From the NCBI GenBank assembly GCA_048393055.1, contig DBFJJS010000013.1, positions 77,916 to 101,915 of the forward strand: a stretch of DNA of 24,000 nucleotides, read 5' to 3'. The stretch is from Candidatus Faeciplasma sp. Lineage in GTDB: Bacteria > Bacillota > Clostridia > Oscillospirales > Ruminococcaceae. This document shows, piece after piece, positions 1 through 8,076 of this stretch (positions are counted from its first letter, which is position 1; each line of letters begins with the position of its first letter). The notes under the pieces were generated by a model that made no database searches, was not told the DNA's origin, and saw only the letters and a program-made list of their open reading frames with translations. The position numbers and the translations under genes were made by a program.

Positions 1-655
1 CTGATACTCCGACGTTTATAATACAGTCAGGCTCACCAACGCCGTGGTACGCTCCGGCCATAAACGGGTTATCGTCAACCGAGTTGCAAAATACAACGAG
101 CTTTGCGGCGCCGAAGCACGCGCTTCCTGCGGTAGCCTCTGCGGTTTCGCGGACGATCCTGCCCATGAGCTTGCAGGCGTCGAGATTGATTCCCGCCTTT
201 GTAGAGCCGATATTTACAGAGGAGCAGACCCTGTTCGTAATTTTAAGAGCCTCGGGTATCGATTCAATAAGCTCCCTGTCCCCGGCGGCAAATCCCTTTT
301 GCACCAGCGCGGAATATCCACCTATCAGATTTACGCCAACAGCCTGCGCCGCCTTGTCCATCGTCACGGCAAACTTGACCGGGCTTTGTCCGCACGCCGC
401 GCTTATCATAGCTATAGGCGTTACGGATATGCGTTTATTTATAATAGGTATGCCGTATTCCTTTTCAATCTCATTTCCTACTTTTACAAGATCTCTGGCG
501 CAGCGGGTTATCTTATCGTAAACCTTTTGGCACGCCCTGTCTATATCCGAATCAATGCAGTCAAGAAGCGATATTCCCATCGTAATGGTTCGTATATCCA
601 GACATTCGTCCTGTATCATTCGGATAGTTTCCAAAATGTCACTGAGATTTATCAT
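1..655 (-). CDS. UPF0210 / DUF711 family protein, N-terminal part only (rest lies beyond the window start)
   Basis: It is absent from the ORF track because it runs off the window edge. The reverse-strand ATG at 655 translates [33 protein letters not shown]..., the conserved UPF0210 N-terminus. It starts 12 nt after the stop of the ACT-domain UPF0237 gene, its usual partner. The + strand ORFs 44..721 and 84..521 are antisense shadows. Confidence 0.8.
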   Translation of the reverse strand, partial: MINLSDILETIRMIQDECLDIRTITMGISLLDCIDSDIDRACQKVYDKITRCARDLVKVGNEIEKEYGIPIINKRISVTPIAMISAACGQSPVKFAVTMDKAAQAVGVNLIGGYSALVQKGFAAGDRELIESIPEALKITNRVCSSVNIGSTKAGINLDACKLMGRIVRETAEATAGSACFGAAKLVVFCNSVDDNPFMAGAYHGVGEPDCIINVGVS

Positions 656-667
656 AATACCCGCTCC

Positions 668-937
668 TTAAATATGATGCATGGTGTTGAAGATGTCCTC
701 ATGCATGACATAGATGGATAAACCCATCGACCTGCCAAGCTCTGACATCCTGTCCGACAGCTCGCTGAGCGGGATACTCAGCCCTGTTATATCTACAAGC
801 ATGACCATTGCAAAAACGTCCTGCAAAACGGACTGAGTGACCTCCGTGACATTTGCGTTATACTGCGCGCACATTGCCGATACCTTTGCAAGAATGCCTA
901 CCGCGTCCTTGCCGATAACACTTATTACAGCTTTCAT
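668..937 (-). CDS. ACT-domain protein, UPF0237 family
   Basis: The 89-aa ORF begins MKAVISVIGKDAVGILAKVS..., a typical ACT fold start. Small size and position directly upstream of a UPF0210 gene fit the family. GGAAGGATGG lies upstream of the ATG. Confidence 0.85.
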   Translation of the reverse strand: MKAVISVIGKDAVGILAKVSAMCAQYNANVTEVTQSVLQDVFAMVMLVDITGLSIPLSELSDRMSELGRSMGLSIYVMHEDIFNTMHHI

Positions 938-1015
938 TTTACAACCATCCTTCCGGGTTATCCTTTAGTCTCAGCTGCTTCAGATTATATCAAACTGCAG
1001 CGGAGCATCAGAGGT

Positions 1016-1044
1016 ATTGTAGCACAGTTTTTTCGTTTTGCCAA
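1016..1044 (-). promoter_or_regulatory. Sigma-A-type promoter for the UPF0237/UPF0210 pair
   Basis: Minus strand reads TTGGCA, a 17-nt spacer, then TGc-TACAAT (extended -10). The -35 is at 1039-1044 and the -10 at 1016-1021. Confidence 0.5.
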
Positions 1045-1055
1045 GTAAGACAATT

Positions 1056-2222
1056 CTACTGAGCATATTTAAGCAAAAGCTCCGCAAGGCTCATTCCAAC
1101 AAGCCTGCCGCTGTAAAGCGCCTCCTCAAGAGAATTAGAGCTTGAACCCATCTCTAAAAGAATAGACGCAGGAGTAAGCTCCTGGTTGTAGTTCCTCTCG
1201 GCAAAAAGAATCGGTCTTGTGAGATTTGGGTAGTCAGTCTCAAGCTTTGACTGAAGCTTTGTCGCGAACCTTAAGTTGTACCTGTACTGCGGGACGTTCA
1301 TACATCCGCATATTATCATAACCTGCGCCGCCTGTTCACCGTCTACCTCGCAGACCGGCGCGTATCTCACTCCGTCCGCCTCAATGGCGTCTCGGTGGAC
1401 GTCTAGCACCACCTTTATGGACGGATACTGCTCCAAAAGCTCCTCGACCCTGTCGGAGCTGCGGTCATACGCCCCGGTGTACTTTGGATAATCATGTACT
1501 GTCGTATCGTGTATTACCCCGATTCCCGCGGCCTCAAGCTGCTTGGCTATTTCCTCGCCTACTGCCACGACGCTCTTATCAAGGTCTGTAGTCCTGGAAG
1601 AAAATTCGCTGTCATACCTGTCGCGGCTGTACGGCTCATAGCATTCGGTGGTATGCGTGTGCATTATAAGCACCTGAGGACTGCCGTCGGTCTCTATCGT
1701 CAGATACGGTTCTATTTCCGCCTGCTCCAAAAGATAATCGGTATCTATGTCCGTGCTGTTTCGAAGCATTCCCCCGCCCGGCAAGTCCACAAAGGTAGAC
1801 GATGGACTATAGGAATAGGTCCTGCGTATTATCTGACCGCCGTCGTCGTTAAGTTCATCCGGATAAGGAAGCTCGCTTACCGGAACTTCATTTTCGTCCT
1901 CAGGCTCCTCCGTTTCCTCGGGAGCCTCCTCTATTCCCCATCCGAGCCCTCCGGACAGCTCCATGAGCTTATCTGAAATATGTGCAGAATCACTGTCGGA
2001 TCCAGTCTGATGTACAACATTTCCTTCTTCATACCCTAACACCTCGTCGCTTTGCACCGGAATTTCTCCTGCCGACAGCGACGTCAGCCGCTCAATAAAA
2101 CCGGAAGCGCTGTCTGCACCTACTATAAATACTATAAGTCCGAATATGCAGAACGTTGCAAATGCAAACAGACCGCCCGCTAAAAACTCCGTCATGCTTT
2201 TTCTGAATCCTGAGTTATCCAA
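1056..2222 (-). CDS. spoIIP: Stage II sporulation protein P (SpoIIP, engulfment amidase/endopeptidase family)
   Basis: It has an N-terminal TM helix (LAGGLFAFATFCIFGLIVFIVGA) and an acidic linker. The SpoIIP core follows (IMHTHTTECY, VVLDVHRDA, ILLEMGSSSNS). The TTG start at 2222 has AAAGGA 9 nt upstream; an internal ATG at 2195 has no SD. Confidence 0.85.
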   Translation of the reverse strand: MDNSGFRKSMTEFLAGGLFAFATFCIFGLIVFIVGADSASGFIERLTSLSAGEIPVQSDEVLGYEEGNVVHQTGSDSDSAHISDKLMELSGGLGWGIEEAPEETEEPEDENEVPVSELPYPDELNDDGGQIIRRTYSYSPSSTFVDLPGGGMLRNSTDIDTDYLLEQAEIEPYLTIETDGSPQVLIMHTHTTECYEPYSRDRYDSEFSSRTTDLDKSVVAVGEEIAKQLEAAGIGVIHDTTVHDYPKYTGAYDRSSDRVEELLEQYPSIKVVLDVHRDAIEADGVRYAPVCEVDGEQAAQVMIICGCMNVPQYRYNLRFATKLQSKLETDYPNLTRPILFAERNYNQELTPASILLEMGSSSNSLEEALYSGRLVGMSLAELLLKYAQ

Positions 2223-2276
2223 TGATGATCATCCTTTCTGTAATCCATATGTAAGCGTTTTGTAATATATGAATTG

Positions 2277-2305
2277 TAGACATTCGCGCGGCTTTGTGCT
2301 AAAAT
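2277..2305 (+). promoter_or_regulatory. Putative sigma-A promoter for the VanY-like gene
   Basis: TAGACA (2277-2282), 17-nt spacer, TGc-TAAAAT (2300-2305). Confidence 0.4.
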
Positions 2306-2340
2306 GTGATTGGCAAAAATATTATATAAAGAGGTTACAT

Positions 2341-3276
2341 ATGAAGCTTAAAATTACACTTGCCGCCCTGCTGCTTGTATACGTGCTGCTGCTCGCAGGC
2401 TGCGGCTTTGATAAAATGAATAACGGCAGCCAAGGCGTAAGCTCGGGGACCGTGACCGAACCTGTGACAGAACCTGTAACAGAGCTTGTGACGGAACCTG
2501 TGAAAGAACCTGCAGCTGAAACTGTGACGGAGCCTATGACGGAACCTGTGACAGGATCTGCGACTGAACCTGCAACAGAGCCTGTGACGGAACCCGCAAC
2601 AAAGCCCGCTGTAGAACCCGTAGAAAGCGAAACTACTGTGACCGAAAACACAGAAGAAAGCGAGGTCGAACCAGTGGACAGCGACTACTTCTTCCAAAAC
2701 GAGGACGACTATTTCTTTATAGTAAACAAAGAAATATTCCTGCCGGAGGACTACGAAATAGAAACTGATTATGTCCAAGGCAGCTATGAGCTAGAGAAAA
2801 CCGCCGCATACTATTGCAGACAGATGATAGACGCCGCGGCTGAGGACGGTATCTATCTCAAGGTCCTTTCAGCATACAGGACGGTGTCATACCAACAGAA
2901 ACTGTTTGACAGAAATGTACAGTCGAGAATGGACGATTACGGCATGAGCTATGAGGAGGCGTATTACGACACCTCGATCAACATCGCGCCTCCCGGAGGC
3001 AGCGAGCACAACGCGGGTCTTGCAGTCGACATTGTCACTGAGGACGACTGGGATACCTACATAGGCTTTGAGGATACCGAGGAGTTCGCGTGGCTTCAGG
3101 AGCATGCGGCGGAATACGGCTTTATCCTGAGATATCTCAAGGGCAAGGAGGACATTACAGGCTATATTTATGAGCCGTGGCATTACAGATATGTAGGAGT
3201 TAAATACGCGGCTGACGTTGCAAACAGCGGTCTTTGCCTTGAGGAATACTTTGAAAAATACGTTTGGGGCGCTTAG
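2341..3276 (+). CDS. D-alanyl-D-alanine carboxypeptidase, VanY / peptidase M15B family, lipoprotein
   Basis: I prefer the ATG at 2341 (AAGAGG 7 nt upstream) over the 2269 track start. It has a signal peptide with lipobox LLAGC and a TEPV-repeat linker. M15B motifs are SAYRTVSYQQKLF, SEHNAGLAVDI and EPWHYRYVG. Confidence 0.85.
   Translation: MKLKITLAALLLVYVLLLAGCGFDKMNNGSQGVSSGTVTEPVTEPVTELVTEPVKEPAAETVTEPMTEPVTGSATEPATEPVTEPATKPAVEPVESETTVTENTEESEVEPVDSDYFFQNEDDYFFIVNKEIFLPEDYEIETDYVQGSYELEKTAAYYCRQMIDAAAEDGIYLKVLSAYRTVSYQQKLFDRNVQSRMDDYGMSYEEAYYDTSINIAPPGGSEHNAGLAVDIVTEDDWDTYIGFEDTEEFAWLQEHAAEYGFILRYLKGKEDITGYIYEPWHYRYVGVKYAADVANSGLCLEEYFEKYVWGA
2452..2619 (+). repeat. In-frame 12-nt tandem repeat, about 14 degenerate units (gtgac(n)gaacct, encoding V/A-T-E-P)
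   Basis: Read directly: gtgaccgaacct gtgacagaacct gtaacagagctt gtgacggaacct ... gctgtagaaccc. It forms the linker between the lipobox and the M15 domain. Confidence 0.9.
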
Positions 3277-3314
3277 GACAGTTCCGAAAGCTGAATCATA
3301 ATAAGGAGTCTGAC

Positions 3315-3806
3315 ATGAACATAGCATTTTTTCTCACCCTTAAAAAAGATGTAGCATATCTTTACGACGACTACACTATACGCCAGTCTCTTGAGAAAAT
3401 GAGATACCACGGATATTCCTCAATACCGGTAATATCCCGCACCGGAGAATACATATCTACTGTAACCGAGGGGGATTTTTTGTGGTATATGCTGGACGAA
3501 AGCATAAGGGATACCGACGGGGTTTCAATTTATGATGCAGAGGATTTAAGGCTTCGCGATATTCTGCATAAAAACAGGGCGACTGCGGTAAGGATAACCG
3601 CCACTATGGATGAGCTTTATGAGCTGGCTATGAATCAGAACTTCGTTCCCGTAACGGACGACAAAGGAATATTTATAGGCATAGTCACAAGAAAAAACAT
3701 CATAAAATACTTTGTCGCAAGCAGGACAGGAGAAAGCTTCCCTTCTCTCAGGAAAAAGTATAGCGCTGTAAGAATGCAAAAGCAGTCGGAAAAGGATGTA
3801 CATTAA
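3315..3806 (+). CDS. CBS-domain pair protein
   Basis: The ATG at 3315 is preceded by TAAGGAG (3302-3308). The sequence has the CBS pattern (SIPVISRTGEYISTVTEGDFL..., FVPVTDDKGIFIGIVTRKNII). The track start at 3264 overlaps the upstream gene and has no SD. Confidence 0.8.
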   Translation: MNIAFFLTLKKDVAYLYDDYTIRQSLEKMRYHGYSSIPVISRTGEYISTVTEGDFLWYMLDESIRDTDGVSIYDAEDLRLRDILHKNRATAVRITATMDELYELAMNQNFVPVTDDKGIFIGIVTRKNIIKYFVASRTGESFPSLRKKYSAVRMQKQSEKDVH

Positions 3807-3928
3807 TTTCACATAAATTTTATGTTTGGCACGGTTTATTGATTGTGTTTTATCAGTATTTTTAACAAAAATTATCTCAAATTAATGTGCATAAGTTACA
3901 ATGTTAGCCACCGATTAGGAATAATTCA

Positions 3929-3957
3929 TTGACAACGGTTTAGCATAGAGTTATAAT
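3929..3957 (+). promoter_or_regulatory. Perfect-consensus sigma-A promoter (TTGACA-17-TATAAT)
   Basis: TTGACA at 3929-3934, a 17-nt spacer, TATAAT at 3952-3957, about 75 nt upstream of the lipoprotein ATG. Confidence 0.65.
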
Positions 3958-3966
3958 TGTTTTACT

Positions 3967-4001
3967 ATTCGATTGGATGATCGTATTCGATTGGATAATC
4001 G
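3967..4001 (+). repeat. Two tandem 17-nt direct repeats ATTCGATTGGAT(G/A)ATCG, period 18 nt, at the predicted transcription start
   Basis: Unit 1 is 3967-3983 and unit 2 is 3985-4001, differing at one position. Each contains CGAT-N6-ATCG. Confidence 0.8.
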
Positions 4002-4031
4002 ACTAAATAATTATTCGGGGGATTAATCAAA

Positions 4032-4511
4032 ATGAAAAGATTTGTTTCTTTGGCACTTGTGCTTGCTATTGTACTAGTTTCATTTGTCGCATGCGGTATT
4101 GTTATTCCTGTCGGAACATACGCCGACAGCACCGGAACCTCTATTATTGAGGTTGGTGAGTACGATGAGAGCGCAAAGTCCGGCACGATGAGGATTACCA
4201 ATACTATTAACACCGACCTTGTTTACGAAGGTACCTACACCCTTTCAAAGAACGAAGCTGACGTGTCCAGCATTGTGACATTCACAACGACTGACGGTCA
4301 GGTCATGGAGTTTGTTTATGACATTACTCTTGACGTTATGCAGGATCTTGATTCGCTCATTGCTTACTATGGTCCTAACTACGTTGAGACAACTGTCGAG
4401 GTAACAACAAATGCTCCTGAGGATACTGACGCTCCAGAAGAAACTGAGGCTCCCGAGGAGACCGGCGTTGCTGATGGCGCCGACGCTACTGAAGAGACCG
4501 ACGCTGAGTAA
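4032..4511 (+). CDS. Small secreted lipoprotein of unknown function with an acidic C-terminal tail
   Basis: The signal peptide MKRFVSLALVLAIVLVSFVAC has a lipobox-like FVAC-G. GGGGGA lies 9 nt upstream of the ATG. The C-terminus is APEDTDAPEETEAPEETG...TEETDAE. I recognise no family. Confidence 0.7.
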   Translation: MKRFVSLALVLAIVLVSFVACGIVIPVGTYADSTGTSIIEVGEYDESAKSGTMRITNTINTDLVYEGTYTLSKNEADVSSIVTFTTTDGQVMEFVYDITLDVMQDLDSLIAYYGPNYVETTVEVTTNAPEDTDAPEETEAPEETGVADGADATEETDAE

Positions 4512-4536
4512 TCTTTACAGCGCTAATAATTATTAA

Positions 4537-4568
4537 TACCGACCGCTTGATGCGGTCGGTATTTTTTT
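4537..4568 (+). terminator. Rho-independent terminator of the lipoprotein gene
   Basis: Stem TACCGACCGC (4537-4546) pairs with GCGGTCGGTA (4552-4561), with loop TTGAT, followed by TTTTTTT. Confidence 0.85.
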
Positions 4569-4611
4569 CATAAATTAAGAGAGATTTAAAAACAAATTTC
4601 CGTATGTTGCG

Positions 4612-4657
4612 CATACAAAAGCCCTGCGCGCGGGTTTGTGCCTGTGCGCAGGGCTTT
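4612..4657 (-). terminator. Probable terminator of typA
   Basis: Arms AAAGCCCTGCGC (4618-4629) and GCGCAGGGCTTT (4646-4657) lie just after the typA stop. On the minus strand the stem runs into UUUUGUAUG. The loop is long (16 nt). Confidence 0.6.
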
Positions 4658-4662
4658 GACGC

Positions 4663-6480
4663 TTAAAGCTTTGCGCGGTCTTTTGCGCGCTGCACGTTTG
4701 AAAGCGTCTTTTTCCTGAGCCTTATGGATTTTGGAGTTACCTCGACAAGCTCGTCATCGGCAATAAATTCAAGACTGTCCTCAAGGCTGAGTATCCTGGG
4801 AGGTATTAGCCTGAGAGCGTCGTCGCTTCCGCTGGCGCGTGTGTTGGTAAGGTGTTTTTTCTTGCAGACGTTTACCACAATATCTCCCGCCTTCGGCGAC
4901 GCGCCGACTATCATTCCCTCATAAACCTGCACGCCCGGACCGATAAACAGTGTTCCTCTTTCCTGGGCGTTGTACAGCCCGTATGTCACAGCCTCGCCGG
5001 TCTCAAACGCCACCAAAGAGCCGTTGGAACGCCTCGGGATATCACCCTTATACTGCTCGTAGGCATAGAACACCGAGCTCATTATGCCCTCGCCCTTGGT
5101 GTCGGTCAAAAATTCGTTTCTGTATCCGAAAAGACCCCTTGAGGGAACGTGGAACACCACCCTCATTCTCGAACCGAAGGGAGTCATTGAAACCATTTCG
5201 GCCTTGCGTGAGCCCATCTTCTCTATAACCGCTCCGACGCAGCCCTCAGGCACGTCTACCACAAGCTCCTCAATAGGCTCGCACAGAACCCCGTCTATCT
5301 CCTTATAAAGCACCCTCGGAGTAGAAACGCCAAGCTCATAGCCCTCACGGCGCATGTTTTCAATAAGTATCGAAAGGTGCATTTCTCCCCTGCCAGCGAC
5401 CTTGAAGGAGTCGGTAGAATCGGTTTCCGAGACCCTTAAGGACACATCCTTGAGAAGCTCCCTGAAGAGCCTCTCTCTTATATGCCTTGAGGTGACGAAC
5501 TTGCCCTCTCTTCCCGCAAACGGCGAGTCGTTTACCGAGAATGTCATCTCGACCGTAGGCTCGCTTATTTTAACAAACGGCAGCGGCTCGTACTTTGATA
5601 TATCGCATATCGTATCGCCTATGGTTATATTCTCTATTCCGCTTATGCACACTATATCGCCGACAGTAGCTGTTTCTGCGGGTACTCTCTCAAGCCCCGA
5701 TATCTGATAAAGCGTCACTATCTTGCCGCGGTACTCCTTTTTAGAGCCGTGATAGTCGCCGATTATCACTTCCTCGTTTACCCTTATCGAGCCTCTTTCT
5801 ATCTTTCCTATGGCGATCCTTCCGATATATTCGTTATAGTCTATCGAAGAAACCAGCATCTGAAGCGGCTCGTCCGGCTCGCCCTCCGGCGCGGGGATAT
5901 ACTCTATTATTTTATCAAACAGCGGGACAAGATCCGTGCCCGGCTCGTCCTGAGAATAGGACGCCGTTCCGTCGCGTCCCGAGCAGAAAAGAATCGGGGA
6001 GTCAAGCTGCTCGTCGGAGGCGTTTAAATCCATCAGAAGCTCGTAGCACTCGTCTATTACCTCGTTTACCCTCGCGTCCGGACGATCTATCTTGTTTATT
6101 ACTATTATTACCCTGTGCCCGAGCTCCAGCGCGTGCTGCAAAACAAACCTTGTCTGAGGCATGGGACCCTCCGCGGCGTCTACAAGCAGTATTACGCCGT
6201 CTACCATCTTCAAAATTCTTTCGACCTCTCCGCCGAAGTCGGCGTGACCCGGGGTGTCTACTATGTTTATCTTTATGTCCTTATAGATAACCGAGGTGTT
6301 TTTCGCGAGGATAGTTATTCCCCTTTCCCTCTCTATGGCGTTTGAATCCATTACCCTCTCGTTTACCGTCTGATTCTCACGGAATGTTCCGCTCTGCTTA
6401 AGCATTGCATCCACAAGGGTGGTCTTGCCATGGTCGACGTGTGCGATTATAGCTACGTTTCTTAAGTCGTTGCGTACCAA
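4663..6480 (-). CDS. typA: Translational GTPase TypA/BipA
   Basis: NVAIIAHVDHGKTTLVD, DTPGHADFGGEVER and NKIDR G-motifs, plus full-length BipA-like architecture. I place the start at the TTG at 6480 (AGAGGAAG 4 nt upstream), giving about 605 aa. The 25-aa extension in the track has no SD. Confidence 0.9.
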   Translation of the reverse strand: MVRNDLRNVAIIAHVDHGKTTLVDAMLKQSGTFRENQTVNERVMDSNAIERERGITILAKNTSVIYKDIKINIVDTPGHADFGGEVERILKMVDGVILLVDAAEGPMPQTRFVLQHALELGHRVIIVINKIDRPDARVNEVIDECYELLMDLNASDEQLDSPILFCSGRDGTASYSQDEPGTDLVPLFDKIIEYIPAPEGEPDEPLQMLVSSIDYNEYIGRIAIGKIERGSIRVNEEVIIGDYHGSKKEYRGKIVTLYQISGLERVPAETATVGDIVCISGIENITIGDTICDISKYEPLPFVKISEPTVEMTFSVNDSPFAGREGKFVTSRHIRERLFRELLKDVSLRVSETDSTDSFKVAGRGEMHLSILIENMRREGYELGVSTPRVLYKEIDGVLCEPIEELVVDVPEGCVGAVIEKMGSRKAEMVSMTPFGSRMRVVFHVPSRGLFGYRNEFLTDTKGEGIMSSVFYAYEQYKGDIPRRSNGSLVAFETGEAVTYGLYNAQERGTLFIGPGVQVYEGMIVGASPKAGDIVVNVCKKKHLTNTRASGSDDALRLIPPRILSLEDSLEFIADDELVEVTPKSIRLRKKTLSNVQRAKDRAKL

Positions 6481-6560
6481 AATACTTCCTCTTTTCTGTT
6501 TAACTGTCCAAATTTTCAGTCGCGTTTTTGTGCATATATACAAATTTTTACCCACTATGT

Positions 6561-6589
6561 ATTATATACTGACCGATGCCCAAAATCAA
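6561..6589 (-). promoter_or_regulatory. Putative sigma-A promoter for typA
   Basis: Minus strand reads TTGATT (6584-6589), 17-nt spacer, TATAAT (6561-6566). Confidence 0.5.
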
Positions 6590-6663
6590 TAGCCATTTCA
6601 TCCAACTTAAATCCGCCGTTTTTCCGTTAAGATATTTAAATAGACGATATTGTGCGCTTAAAT

Positions 6664-7383
6664 TTACACATATGCTCTGCCGCCGGCTATATCCTTTATT
6701 ATTTCTGCGGCCATTATTATTCCCATGGCGCTGGGTGCGAACGCAACGGACGCAGGTATATGCCTTCCAAAAGCGTTTTCATCGATATCTCCCAAAGGCT
6801 TTAACGGCTCTTCCTTTGAATACACCACCTTGAGCGACTCTATCCCGCGCTTTCTGAGCTCACTTCTCATGCGCCTTGCCAGCGGGCATATGGAGGTTTT
6901 GTAAATATCGCTGACCTCAAAGCGCGTCGGGTCGAGCTTGTTTCCCGCGCCCATCGCGCTTATTATAGGAACGCCCGCTGCCTTTGCTCTTATGATAAGC
7001 TCGATCTTCGAGGACAGGGTATCTATACAGTCCGCAATGTAATCGTATTTTCCAAGGTTAACGCTGTCCGCATTCTCGGGCGTATAAAACAAATTGACAG
7101 CCTCCACCTGCGCATTTGGATTGATGTCCAGAATCCTGTTTTTCATGACCTCGGTCTTATACATGCCGGTGGTGCTTTCAAGGGCTATTATCTGGCGGTT
7201 GCGGTTTGTTATGCTGACGACGTCGCTGTCGTAAAGAGCTATCCTGCCTACGCCGCTTCTTGCAAGCATCTCGGCGACATATCCGCCCACCCCTCCTACT
7301 CCGAAAACAGCTACGCAGGCTCTGTTAAGACGCTGCATTGCCTCGGCGCCGAGCAGCATTTCCGTTCTTGAAAATATATCCAT
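6664..7383 (-). CDS. tcdA: tRNA threonylcarbamoyladenosine dehydratase (TcdA/CsdL, ThiF/E1-like)
   Basis: The N-terminus MDIFSRTEMLLGAEAMQRLNRACVAVFGVGGVGGY has a GxGxxG Rossmann motif, followed by NRNRQ. The size of about 240 aa is typical. ACGGAGGAA lies upstream. Confidence 0.85.
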   Translation of the reverse strand: MDIFSRTEMLLGAEAMQRLNRACVAVFGVGGVGGYVAEMLARSGVGRIALYDSDVVSITNRNRQIIALESTTGMYKTEVMKNRILDINPNAQVEAVNLFYTPENADSVNLGKYDYIADCIDTLSSKIELIIRAKAAGVPIISAMGAGNKLDPTRFEVSDIYKTSICPLARRMRSELRKRGIESLKVVYSKEEPLKPLGDIDENAFGRHIPASVAFAPSAMGIIMAAEIIKDIAGGRAYV

Positions 7384-7447
7384 TAAGTTCCTCCGTTAAC
7401 TTCAGTTGTTTTATCCTAAATCATTCGCACAGCAGATTAAATTTTGC

Positions 7448-7882
7448 CTAAAGCCTTTTAGCAAAGCATATTATTCTGCCCGCTTCCCTGAAATTTGCCG
7501 CCATATGGAATTTAAAGCTGTCGGCATTGTCTATTTCACAGTCGCTGGCAAACTCTTTACATCCGTTCTCTTTAGCCCACGCCTCGCACGCCGACAACAA
7601 TTCCCTTGCGTACCCTCTTCTGCGAAAATCCTCTTTGACAAATATGCCTTCCAGATATCCTACCGGAGCGGTTTCGGTTCCCTCTACGTAATCATATCTG
7701 AGCTGGCACTGCGCAAATCCAACGGGCTCGCCTTGCTCGCATTTTATGAAAAACTGAGCCTTTCCATTTGACAGGTATTCTGAAAACTCCTTTTCAAGCT
7801 CCTGTACACAATGATCGGGCCAAAGTATCGCCACCAAATTTGCCGCCGTGCCTATGTCCTGCGCTCCTGCTTTACGAACCAT
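7448..7882 (-). CDS. GNAT acetyltransferase resembling aminoglycoside 6'-N-acetyltransferase type I (AAC(6')-I)
   Basis: The 144-aa product has LWPDH, GFAQCQLRYDYVEGTETAPVGYLEGIFV, RRRGYARELL and GCKEFASDCEIDN. From memory these align motif-for-motif with AAC(6')-Iy/Ic-type enzymes. AGGGAGGA is the SD. Confidence 0.7.
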   Translation of the reverse strand: MVRKAGAQDIGTAANLVAILWPDHCVQELEKEFSEYLSNGKAQFFIKCEQGEPVGFAQCQLRYDYVEGTETAPVGYLEGIFVKEDFRRRGYARELLSACEAWAKENGCKEFASDCEIDNADSFKFHMAANFREAGRIICFAKRL

Positions 7883-7964
7883 ATCTGTATCCTCCCTGCT
7901 TTTAATGCCTGCCGCTTTTTTATTTTCAGCTCTTCCCGACGCGCTTGCTTCTGATGCTTACACT

Positions 7965-7993
7965 ACTATACCATGCGCAGCGCTATATTTCAA
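7965..7993 (-). promoter_or_regulatory. Putative sigma-A promoter for the GNAT-tcdA unit
   Basis: Minus strand reads TTGAAA (7988-7993), 17-nt spacer, TGg-TATAGT (7965-7970). Confidence 0.5.
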
Positions 7994-8014
7994 TGCGCCA
8001 AACGCTTTCCGGCA

Positions 8015-8047
8015 GCAAAACGGCTTCCGGAGAAATCCCCGGAAGCC
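8015..8047 (-). terminator. Rho-independent terminator after the cotF-like gene
   Basis: On the minus strand, GGCTTCCGG (8039-8047) pairs with CCGGAAGCC (8022-8030), followed by GTTTTG. Confidence 0.7.
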
Positions 8048-8076
8048 AAAGGAAAATTATTCTTCGTTATCAGGCA

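Noticed and set aside
44-721. Plus-strand ORFs of 225 aa and 145 aa (84..521)
   Set aside because: They are antisense to a clearly recognisable UPF0210 gene on the minus strand. They have a GTG start, no SD and low-complexity Arg/Ser-rich translations.
2223-2268. Sigma-E-type sporulation promoter for spoIIP (TCATATATT ... CATATGGAT on the minus strand)
   Set aside because: It resembles the B. subtilis sigma-E consensus, but the spacing is about 1-2 nt short and the match is AT-rich and degenerate. That is not enough to call.
2322-2778. Two minus-strand ORFs with repetitive GSVT / RHRF translations
   Set aside because: They are artefacts of reading the 12-nt tandem repeat of the VanY-like gene on the opposite strand.
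3967-4017. Fur/Zur-type metalloregulator box (GATGATCG, GATAATCG, ATAATTATT)
   Set aside because: There is only partial resemblance to GATAAT hexamer arrays and to the 7-1-7 Fur box, and neither full inverted repeat is present. It is kept as an unassigned operator-like repeat.
6481-6555. 25-aa N-terminal extension of TypA; similar extensions for the VanY-like (2269), CBS (3264), ilvE (12032), alpha subunit (14415), ligase (17847) and amidohydrolase (19092) ORFs
   Set aside because: In each case an internal start with a properly spaced SD matches the conserved family N-terminus. The longest-ORF start lacks an SD or overlaps the upstream gene.
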